DNA of 64,000 nt from Mobula hypostoma (Eukaryota): positions 24,492,001 to 24,556,000 of the forward strand of contig NC_086097.1 in the NCBI RefSeq assembly GCF_963921235.1, in the 5' to 3' direction. The translations under genes and the position numbers were made by a program. The notes under the pieces were generated by a model, which searched no databases, was not told the origin of the DNA, and saw nothing but the letters and a program-made list of their open reading frames with translations. This document shows, in pieces, positions 50,692-60,358 of this stretch. How positions within the stretch are numbered: the first letter of the stretch is position 1; the number at the start of each line of letters is the position of its first letter.

Positions 50692-53608
50692 AAAGAAATC
50701 ACTTTGCAAAGATGTGCAAATCGAAGGAGCACGCAAGGAAAATCATGCTGTGGAACAGAGTGAGGGCAATAGTGACATATTCATTGGCACAGTTGAAGTG
50801 GAACAGGAGGTCTGCATCAAGAATATTGACAATGCAAAGATGGAGGATGAAGATGATTGGACTCAAGATCTGATAATAAATAGGAGGAATGTGACATTTA
50901 ATCTTGACACTGAGACAAAGTGCAAAGTAATGTCAGCAGAAACATTCAACTCACTGGACATCAGAGGAATACTGAGAAAATCCACCTGCAAGCTTGTTGC
51001 ATATTTCGGCCACAAGTCGGTGCCACTGGGCAAAAAAGCACTCAACTGTGTGTACAAAGGTCAAAAATACAAGATCAAGTTTGAAATAGTGCAGCAACAT
51101 GTTCCAGCCATACTGGGCAAAGCAACATGCACAAAGCTAGGTCTGGTGAAGCGAATCTATGGTGTTGAAAAAGAAAATGACATTCTCAAAGACTTTGATG
51201 ACTTGTTTTCTGGATTAGGATGTTTACCGGGGAAACACCATATCCAGATTGATCCAACTATTGCACCAGTCGTGCATGCGCCGAGAAAGATTCCAGTAGC
51301 TCTCAGGGATCAAGTAGTGGAGGAGCTACACAGAATGGAACAGCTGGGAGTCATAACAAGACAAATAGAACCAAGCGACTGGGTGAATAGTATGATGACA
51401 GTGGTCACAGAAAAAAAGACAAGGATCTGCATGGATCTACAAGATCTCAACCAAGCACATTAAAAGAGAGCACTATCCACTGCTCACGGTTGAAGAGGTT
51501 GTCTCCCGCCTGCCTAATGTGAAATACTTTTTGGTATTAGACGCAAATCAAGGTTTCTGGCAGATCAAGCTGGATGAAGAAAGTTCCAAATTATGCACTT
51601 TCAACACGCCCATAGGGAGATATCGTTTCCTGCGTCTACCCTTTGGGATTTCTTCTGCATCAGAGATATTCCAGAGATCCGTGGCACAAATGATTGAAGG
51701 CCTGTGGTGTATGGATCACGAGCACTTATGGACTGTCAACGCCAATATGCTCAAATCGAGAAGGAATTATTCGCCATAGCTTATGGGTGTGAGAAGTTCC
51801 ACCAATATGTATATGGCAAAGAAATCCAGGTTGAGAGTGATCTCAAACCACTTGACAGCATCTTCAAAAAGCCACTCCACCAAGCTCCTATGAGGCTGCA
51901 AAAGATACTTCTCAGGCTACAGAGGTACACTCTCACAGTCACCTATAAGCCAGGAAAAGAACTGCACATCGCTGATGCTTTGAGCCGTGCTTACCTCAAA
52001 GAGCAAAAGGAAGAGTTGCTAGGAAGAGAGCTGGAGGTCAACTGGGTTAAACCTCAGCTACCCGTCTCTGAGAAGTTGAACATGTTCAGCAAGTGACTGC
52101 AAATGATCCTGAAATGCAAATGCTAAGAGACATTACAATGAATGGATGGCCAACAGAAAGAAAAGATGTTCCAAAGGAAATGCAGAAATACTGGACATTT
52201 AAAGAGGAAATCAGCTATGCGTCAGGACTAATGTTCAAGACGGCAAAACTCATCATACCAAACCAAATGAGACAGGAAATGCTCAAAGGATTCATGAGTC
52301 ACACCTGAGGATAGTGAAATGCAAAGAGAGAGCAAGGGACATTCTCTAGCACAAAATAATCTGTAGATGCTGGGGTCAAAGCAACACCCACAACACACTG
52401 GAGGAACTCAGCAGGTCAGGCAGCATCCGTGGAAAAGATCAGTCGACATTTTGGGCCGGAACCCTTCAACCTGACGAAGGGTTCCAGCCCGAAACGTTGA
52501 CCGAACTTTTCCACGGATGCTGCCCAACCTGCTGAGTTCCTCCAGCGTGTTGTGAGTGTTGCAAGGGACATTCTCTAAGGGCCAGGCATGTCAACTCAGA
52601 TAGAGGACATTGTGCCTCAGTGTGCTGTCTGTAATGAAAACAAAAACAGCAATCCAAGAGAGCCTCTGCTTCCCCACCCACTACCAGGAAGACCATGGGA
52701 GAAGATTGGCACAGATCTCTTTCACTACAATGGTGCAGAATATCTGCTTTGTGTGGACTACTACTCAAAATATCCGGAGATCACCAAGTTAAGTGACACG
52801 TCCAGTTGAGTTGTCATTACCGCAATGAAGTCAACGTTCACAAGACATGGTATTCCAGATATTGTCGATAGTGACAATGGTCCACAATATGCCAGCGGTG
52901 AGCTCAGAGGGTTCTCAGAGAGCTGGGAATTTCAACATGTTACTCAGTCCAGGGCACGCTCAGTCTAATGGACAAGCAGAGAGAACTGTACAAACTATCA
53001 AGAACATGCTCAAGAAGGCACAAAGCAGCAACGGTGACCCTTACATTGCTCTGCTTGAATACCGCAACACACCGATTGAGGGTGTGGGGTTCTGTCCTGA
53101 GCAGCTGTTGATGGGATGTCGTCTGAAGTCCAAACTGCCAACATCCACAACTCTACTGACTCCTGAAGGTAATGCTCACGTACATGACAAGCAAAAGTAC
53201 AAGCAAATAAAGCAAAAGAGCTACTATGACAGACATACATGACAGTTGCCAGATCTGCATACAGGTGAAAATGTCAGAATACAGAGAGGAGACACTTGGC
53301 AACCAGCTGTGGTTGTGAACAGACATCAGCAACCAAGATCCTTCATAGTTCGCACGCCGGATGGAAGAGTCTACAGGAGGAACAGGAAGCATCTGCTGAA
53401 GACAGGAGAGAGGGAGTTTCCACGTACAGATGCACAGGACATTTCCACATGTACAGACATGGAAACAAACGACACCAAGAGTGATGCAGACCCCAAAGAC
53501 AGAGAGGCCACTCGAGAGACTGACACGGATGAAGGACAAGCACAGTCACAGTTGTATCACACACGGTCTGGGAGACAAGTCAAACTTCCAGCTAGATACA
53601 GAGACTAG
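50692..53608 (+). pseudogene. pol: Gypsy gag end and pol (PR-RT-RNaseH-IN), disrupted
   Basis: NHFAKMC knuckle end; PR FNLDTE and ILG; RT LDANQGFWQ and RLPFGISSASEIFQ; RH YAQIEKEL and ADALSR; IN HHCC, VDYYSKY, DNGPQY, SNGQAERTV; ends TRSGRQVKLPARYRD*. Confidence 0.9.
52349..52560. mobile_element. palindromic Penelope-derived short element with a central hammerhead motif
   Basis: 17-bp TSD GCAAGGGACATTCTCTA (52332-52348, 52561-52577). Arms of about 87 bp (52381-52467, 52476-52562) around an 8-nt loop. Confidence 0.9.
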
Positions 53609-53727
53609 ACATACATACAGTCTCACACAGTTTGAGGCAAAGTCACATGTCATGGTTGTTGCACTGTAAGAATGACATACCTAGAGGCATTGTTTTGGTA
53701 ATTCACAGTGTTGTAAAAAATAATCTT

Positions 53728-53738
53728 GAGAAGGGGGA
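53728..53738 (+). promoter_or_regulatory. polypurine tract
   Basis: GAGAAGGGGGA directly before the 3' LTR. Confidence 0.85.
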
Positions 53739-53873
53739 TGTAATGTATTGTGTGAGTATTCGTAGCGTCAGAGTGTGTATGACGTCAAGACATAGAGAAG
53801 TAAAAAATGGAAGCCTGGTGAATAAATGTGGTTGTTCAATCTACAGCGGTGTCCGAGTCACATCAATATTACA
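53739..53873 (+). repeat. 3' LTR
   Basis: TGTAAT...ATTACA, followed by the TSD GCACC. Confidence 0.95.
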
Positions 53874-53879
53874 GCACCA

Positions 53880-54225
53880 GGCACTGGTGACAGCAAAGTT
53901 AAAGAGTATTGTATACAGTTCTGGTCAGCTACCTACAGGAAAGATACAGTATCAATGAGCTTGAAAGAGTCCAGAATAAATTTACAAGAATGTTGCCAGG
54001 ACTTGAGGTCCTGAGATATAAGGAAAGGTTGAAAAGGTTAAGACTTTATTCCCGAATCCACAGGAGAATGAGTGGAGATCTTATAGAGGTTTGCAAAATG
54101 ATAAGGGGTATGGGTAGAGTGAGTGTATGCTGGCTTTCTCCCCTCAGGTTGGGTGAAACAAGAACTAAAGGGAATAGATTTAAGGAGAAAGGTGAAATAT
54201 TTAAGGTGAATTTGAGGAGAAACTG
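53880..54225 (+). mobile_element. CR1 3' fragment
   Basis: EYCIQFWS..YRKD; LERVQNKFTRMLPGL. Confidence 0.7.
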
Positions 54226-54257
54226 CAGTTAAACAAAGAGGCATTTTGAAAGCTCTT

Positions 54258-54846
54258 TGGTGGCCTGTAGTGTCGCGGTTAGCATTATTAGATTGGGGCT
54301 GTCTGTAAGAAGTTTGTACGTTCTTCCTGTGAACACATGGGTTTCCTCCAGATGCTCTGATTTCCTTCCACATTTCAAAGATGTAAAGTTACTGTTAGTA
54401 AGTTGTGTGCATGTTATGTTGGCATCAGAAGCATGACAACATTTACGGGTTGCCCCCAGAATATCCTTAGTATAGACAACGCATTTCACTGATTGTACAT
54501 GTGACAAACAATGTTAAACTTCATCTTTATAAATATACCCCAGGGAATCCTGATCTTCAAACTGCTCCTCCCTCACTTCCATCTTCCCACCCCTGCCACA
54601 CGCCCCACGCTGACTGAGTTACAGACGCAGCAGCGTGACGCTATCACATCGCCAGTGACCCAGGTTCAATTTCCACCGCTGCCTGTAAGGAGTTTGTACA
54701 TTCTCCCCATGACCACGCTGCTTTCCCGGGGTACTCCAGTTTCCTCCCACACGCTCAAGACGTATGGGTTAGTGGGTTAGTTGGTCATGGGCTCATTGGG
54801 CCGGAAGGGCCTCTTCCTGTGCCACATCTCTAAATAAATAAAATAA
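54258..54846 (+). mobile_element. two V-type SINE copies
   Basis: TGTAAG(A/G)AGTTTGTAC(G/A)TTCT..CC.TGA...GTTTCC core at about 54305 and 54685; (TAAA)n tail at 54830. Confidence 0.6.
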
Positions 54847-55989
54847 AGTCCGTGAATTGGTTCAGGATGTCCTCAAAGAAGTTACAGATTATTTTAAGAA
54901 AACATTTGTTCCAGTCGATAGACTCACTTCAAATTTTATCGCTTCAAACAAAGAACTGATTTGTTACAGAAGAGACACTAATTATTGAACAAAAGGAATA
55001 TTATGAGTATGGTAATGGTCTGAGCCAAATTGATTTGCTTTGCTCTGTCCACTGAAGTGCTGCACTAGCCGATTCATTCTCCTGAATTAGCTCTTGCACT
55101 GTATAGCCTTCATATTTTTCAAATCAATAAGGGTCTAAGTGCTTTGCTTATCTCTCCTTAGACTTCCGCCTGCGATTACAAAGATGTCAGAACTCCTTGG
55201 CACTTGCAATTAATCCATTCCCCTCAGTCTTCTCAGTTCTGGTGTCCACCTCTAGGGGAATCTTCCACGGAGGTTCCACTTGACTGTCAGAGCTATTTCT
55301 CAGGGGGATAAGTTCTGCTTCCCGTCTCCCGCCTGGCCGAACTTCCAGGATTATCCTGGATTAATTTCTCCTGCTGGCAAAGGCTAGAGGGAATGAAGCA
55401 TTGAGAGAATTGTGTCTCTCTTTTACTTTGTTTTTTAACTGCTTTCAGTTATTAATAGACATGTAGGATCGGTATCAGAATTGTGACATCCTGACCTTGG
55501 TGTTGTCCGTGTGTGGAATTTGCCCGTTCTGCCTGCGACATTGTGGGTTTCCCCCTTTGAAGCTCTGTTTTCCTCCCACATCCCAGAGCCTGTTTGTGCC
55601 AGTAGGTTGATTGGCCACAATGGATGGCCCAAATTTGGGGCAATTTGTTGGGGATGTAAGGAGTACATGATGTTAATGGTTTCCATCACTTCATTGGCTG
55701 AAGGGCCACTTTCTGTGCTGTATGAATCTAATGCAGGAGGTGGACACCCTGGTTTCTGCACAGTGAGATCCCACCAATGGCCAAATGACTGAAGTTCAGT
55801 TCCCTCCCATCCTGGTCTCTGCTTTCACACCTGAACCATAATTTCTTTTCATTTTGGCATTACAGCAGTATCACCTGTTCCCTGGATAAGAACCCCACCA
55901 CCAGCATGCAGGTGACCACCGGTGAATTCCATACAGAAGCTGTGACCTGCCAGGCTCATTAAGTACTTCCTATCTTTATTTTTTCTCAG

Positions 55990-56161
55990 GAACAAGGCAA
56001 GATCAGTGTCGTCTTTAATGTGGGAACAGAAGATATTGTCATCACGGAATCCAGCAACGTGGTGAACGATGGGAACTATCATCTGGTCCGTTTCACCAGG
56101 AATGGGGGCAACGCGACCCTTCAGGTGGACAACTGGGCTGTCAATGAATTCTATCCTTCAG
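55990..56161 (+). CDS. nrxn3: neurexin internal exon (LNS6 domain, exon preceding splice site 4); closest to neurexin-3, paralog identity uncertain
   Basis: Acceptor tttttctcAG|GAA and donor TCAG|GTGAGT; 172 nt (phase 0 to phase 1). Encodes [58 protein letters not shown]. Confidence 0.92.
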
Positions 56162-56419
56162 GTGAGTGGTGTTTGCCTTGTCCCGTCCCTTCACTCCTCA
56201 AAGAGTGGACACTTTTGAAACTGTCATGCAATAGTGATCCAACAGGTGTACCAAGTCCCCGCTTGTCGGACCCGATGGTTGGGAAATGGACCTCTCACTC
56301 CCTCTCTCCCTGGAAAACTACTGCGAGGAACAGCTGAGATACAGTTAAGGGCTAGTAAGGGAAACATGAGGGAGAAAGAAAGATGGGGTAAAATGGAGTC
56401 TGGGTTTGAGAAGACTTGT

Positions 56420-57031
56420 GTCGAGTACTTGTACCAATATAGAACTGTAGTGTTGAATGGACTAATTTGTGTAGCATACTCATACCAATATAGAACTGTA
56501 GTGTTGAATGGACCAATTTGTGTAGCATACTCATACCAATATAGAACTGTAGTGTTGAATGGACCAATTTGTGTAGCATACTCATACCAATATAGAACTG
56601 TAGTGTTGGATGAACAGATTTGTGTAGCATACTCATACCAATATAGAACTGTAGTGTTGAATGGACCAATTTGTGTAGCATACTCATACCAATATAGAAC
56701 TGTAGTGTTGGATGAACAGATTTGTGTAGCATACTCATACCAATATAGAACTGTAGTGTTGAATGGACCAATTTGTGTAGCATACTCATACCAATATAGA
56801 ACTGTAGTGTTGAATGGACCAATTTGTGTAGCATACTCATACCAATATAGAACTGTAGTGTTGGATGAACAGATTTGTGTAGCATACTCATACCAATATA
56901 GAACTGTAGTGTTGAATGGACTGATTTGTGTAGCATACTCATACCAATATAGAACTGTAATGTTGAATGGACTGGCTTGTGTCGGGTACTCATACCAACA
57001 TGGAACTGTCATCTTCAATGGACTAGTTTCC
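56420..57031. repeat. 51-bp minisatellite, 12 units
   Basis: Unit GTAGCATACTCATACCAATATAGAACTGTAGTGTTGAATGGACCAATTTGT, with a variant ending GGATGAACAGATTTGT. Terminal units are degenerate. Confidence 0.97.
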
Positions 57032-57050
57032 CTGCTGTAAATTCTTTGTA

Positions 57051-57133
57051 AATCCAGCGACATGGTAAACAATGGGAACTATCATCTGGTCCACTTCACC
57101 AGGAACGGGAACAATGTGACCCTTCAGGTGGGC
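57051..57133 (+). pseudogene. partial duplicate of the neurexin exon
   Basis: AATCCAGCGACATGGTAAACAATGGGAACTATCATCTGGTCCACTTCACCAGGAACGGGAACAATGTGACCCTTCAGGTGG aligns without gaps to 56048-56128. Confidence 0.9.
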
Positions 57134-57147
57134 TTCAACTGGGCCTG

Positions 57148-57380
57148 CGGGATAGCATCGTGATTAGCTCAGTACTGTTACAGCGCTAGAGACCTGGGTT
57201 CAATTCCCGCTGCTGTCCGTACGTTCTCCCCATGACCGCGTAGGTTTCCTGCAGGCACTCTGGTTTCTTGCCACATTCCAAAGACGTACGAGTTAGTAGG
57301 TTAATTGGTCATATTGGGCGCCATGAGCTCATTGGGCCAGAAGAGCCTGTTACAGTGCTGTATCTCTAAATAAAAAACAA
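57148..57380 (+). mobile_element. V-type tRNA-SINE
   Basis: GGTTCAATTCCC B-box, V core and a CR1-like tail ending CTCTAAATAAA. Confidence 0.65.
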
Positions 57381-58387
57381 ATTCAATAAAATACCATTCA
57401 TGAGACTAAAAGACATAGGAGCAGAATTAGGCCATTTGGCCCATCGAGCTTCCTCTGCAATTGATGTATGAATTCAAAGTCGAGTTTATTGTCACATGCA
57501 CAGGTGCAATGAAAACTTACTTATAGCGGCATCAGAGACACAACGTTCACAAGAAAATATAAACAAAACATAAATTATACAAGTGATTATACACAGATTT
57601 CTGTTTAATTATACAAATGAAAGAGAAATTAAAGAAAAGTTTTACAAGAAAGAATGCACTGAGAACAAATGAAAAGTCCATTCTGATGCAACGTGATCAA
57701 ACTGGTCACCGGGTTGCTACGCTGAGGTATCGGTGTGCCGGTTGGTTAAAGAACTGAATGTATGAACCATGTGTCGGTAGAAATGAAAACTCCCTGCAGT
57801 CAAAGTCAAAGTCAAGTTAGAGCTTGTTGTCACGTGCACAAGTACATGTACAGAATGCACAGGTTCAACGGAAAACTTACTTGTAGCAGCATCACAGGCA
57901 CAGAGCATCTGAGACGCAACATTTGCGATATGACAATAAATTAAATTACGCAAAATTGTACTAGAAAGAACACAGTTATAACATTAAATATCCTTTATAG
58001 TGCAAATTTTTCGAAGTGGTCATAGTGTTGCTATACTGAGGTCGCGATTAGGGTTGTGCAGGTTGGTTCAAGAACTGAATGGTTGAAGAGAAGTAGCTGT
58101 TCACGACCCTGTTTGTGTGGGACTTCCTGCCCAATGGTAGCTGTGAGAAGAAGGCACGGCCCAAATGGTGAAGGGCTTTGATGATAGATGTTGCCTTCTT
58201 GAGTTGAACTATGCCGAATTTTAATGGTCAAGCGGCGTTAGACATATGATAAAATGGTGATAATGACTACATTAAGTAAAGCCAGAAGTGCCTGCTTTCC
58301 CGTGTTGAAGGACACATTCAAATACCAGTTATTCCTCAAGACCAAAGTCTGAATATTCCAATCCATAGCTTATGGGGCTGCACAATA

Positions 58388-58690
58388 CCATGGCGCATAG
58401 CGCAGTCACTTTGCAGCGCTTGCTATCACCTATCAAGGTTCGATCCCTACCACTGTCTGTAAGGGGTCTGTACATTCTCCCCATGACCATGTGGGTTTCC
58501 TCTGGTTGTTTCGGTTTTCCCCCTATTCCAAAGACATATGGGCTATGGTTACTAAGTTGTGGGCAGACTATGTTGGCATTGAAAGAGTGACAACACTTGA
58601 AGGTAGCCCCCAGTATAACCCTCGATCTGTGTTGGTCATTGAATCATTTCACTGTATATTTTGATGTACATGTGACAAATAAAAGTAATC
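58388..58690 (+). mobile_element. V-type tRNA-SINE
   Basis: GGTTCGATCCC B-box and V core. Confidence 0.6.
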
Positions 58691-58781
58691 ATTTCTAAAG
58701 ATCTATAGTCTCCATTAACTTGTTTGCATGCTAAAAAGGCTCCTGGTCCTCCAAGTAACGAGCATCAGAATTGGAAGCAGC

Positions 58782-59203
58782 ACGCACAAAATGCTGGGGC
58801 AACTCAGCAGGCCAGGCAGCACCTATGGAAAAGAGCAAACAGTTGACGTTTCGGGCCGAGACCCTTCAAAGGAAGGTGGGGGGGGGGAGTCAGAGTAAGA
58901 AGGTTGGGGAGGGGAGGAAGAAGTACAAGGCAGTAGGTGATAGGTGACATCAGGAGAGAGGCTGGGGTGAAGTAAAGAGCTGGGAAGTTGATCGGTGACA
59001 GTGATAAAGGTGTGGAGAAGGGGATTCTGATAGGAGAGGACAGAAGACCGTGGAAGAAAGAGAAGGGGGAGGGGCACTAGAAGGAGGTGATGGGCAGGTA
59101 GGGAGATAAGGTGAGAGACGGAAATTCCCTCACCATTTGAGAGAATGTGTTGCTTGTGTTTGTTGCTTTGGATTTCCAGCATCTGCAGATTTTCTTGTGT
59201 TTG
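58782..59203 (-). mobile_element. Penelope 3' terminal region with a partial hammerhead and a short inverted end
   Basis: Minus strand GAAGGGTCTCGGCCCGAAACGTCAACTG...GCTGCCTGGCCTGCTGAGTT; a purine-rich tract homologous to 1450-1730; opposite-orientation terminus at 59150-59203. Confidence 0.7.
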
Positions 59204-59514
59204 AGCAGCAGGACTGGTACAGGCTGGACTGCCACAGCTTCCTTTGAAGGAGAAGTTTGGTTTGGGAAATGATGCCAGACATGATGCTGGGGAGAGATCA
59301 AATTCGACAAGGAAAAAAAAATCCCATTTAATGGAAGAGGTTTGATGGCCCCTAGAGAGGCAACTTACTTCTTTGTCCATTTGGATAGCTACGTGAACAC
59401 CTCTCAAGTTCCTATTAAAATCAGGATCCATTTTATTTATTTATTTACACATAATAAATAACAGCCCTTTGCAACCCAATGAACCCACACTACCCAATTA
59501 CGCTCATGTGACTA

Positions 59515-59707
59515 GAAGAAGAAAGCCCTTAACTCCGAGTGGAGTCATCGGGACGCAGTCTTTCTTATTTTTACGAGGCCGAGTTGCTAGCTTGACACTC
59601 AACCCAGCGCGGATAGAAAGTGTGCAAGGGAGCCGGCTGGATTCGAACTCGGGAGCCGTCGCTCCGAAGTCCAGCGCTGATGCCACTACGCCACCAGCCG
59701 GCTAACC
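59515..59707 (-). mobile_element. young tRNA-derived SINE with (TTC)n tail, nested in another SINE
   Basis: A-box TGGCGTAGTGG, B-box GAGTTCGAATCC; TSD CATGTGACTA (59505-59514, 59708-59717). Confidence 0.85.
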
Positions 59708-60064
59708 CATGTGACTAATTAACCTAATATCCTGTACTTTGGAGTGTGGGAGGAAACTGGAACACCTGGTCACAGGGAGAACAAACAGTGATGGATGTCC
59801 TTACAGACAGTGATGGAAAAGAACCCAGGCCTCTGGCGCGGTTATCTCGTTACTCTGACTGCTACTCTACCACACTGCCCACAACAATTGTGCTTAAACA
59901 CAACAATAAACAGGAAGCTGCTTGTTAAATTAGTTTAGGGTTTAGTGAGTGACAGTGGTGTTATCATAATGATGCCAGGCTAGTCTTTTATTTTTTAATT
60001 TATCACTGATATATGTCATGAAGTTAGATGTTTTGTGACATAAAAAATTATGAGTGCAGCAGCT

Positions 60065-60358
60065 GGTATAAGTCTTTACAGCACCAGCGATCAGGGTTCA
60101 ATTCCCACTGTTATCTGTAAGGAGTTTGTATGCTCTCCCCGTGACTGCGTGGGCTTTCTCCGGGTGCTTCAGTTTCCTCCCACATTTCAGAGGCGTACAG
60201 GTTAGTACATAGTGGGCTTGCCATGTTGGTGCCGGAAGCGTGGTGACACTTGCGGGCTGCCCCCCGCGCGTCCTCAGACCGTGCCAGTCACGGACACAAA
60301 TGGTGTATTTCACCGTATGTTTGGATGTACTGTACATGTGACAAATGAAACTAATCTC
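60065..60358 (+). mobile_element. V-type tRNA-SINE (well preserved)
   Basis: GGGTTCAATTCCC...GGAGTTTGTATGCTCTCCCCGTGACTGCGTGGGC...GTTTCCTCCCACA. Confidence 0.75.

Larger units (their letters stand above)
44355..53873 (+). mobile_element. Ty3/Gypsy LTR retrotransposon (Mag-like), both ends present, inactivated, with nested insertions
   Basis: Two 135-bp LTRs, TSD GCACC (44350-44354, 53874-53878), PBS, PPT and gag-PR-RT-RH-IN domain order. Confidence 0.95.

Noticed and set aside
56162..56337. C-terminal extension of the 56020-56337 ORF (EWCLPCP...)
   Set aside because: It is read-through past a strong GTGAGT donor, and neurexin similarity stops at 56161.
56420..57031. CRISPR-like array
   Set aside because: Units are head-to-tail with only two recurring variants and no unique spacers. 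There are no cas genes and the context is vertebrate.
56224..57072. Long ORFs on both strands (282, 268 and 213 aa) with 17-aa repeats
   Set aside because: They are an artefact of a stop-free 51-bp (3n) minisatellite in an intron, with no protein family resemblance.
59260..59345. Possible SS4 exon (KIPF-like codons)
   Set aside because: The surrounding sequence does not resemble the 30-aa SS4 insert and there are no suitable splice sites.
59630..59703. Genuine tRNA gene
   Set aside because: It continues into a SINE body and tail and is bounded by a TSD.
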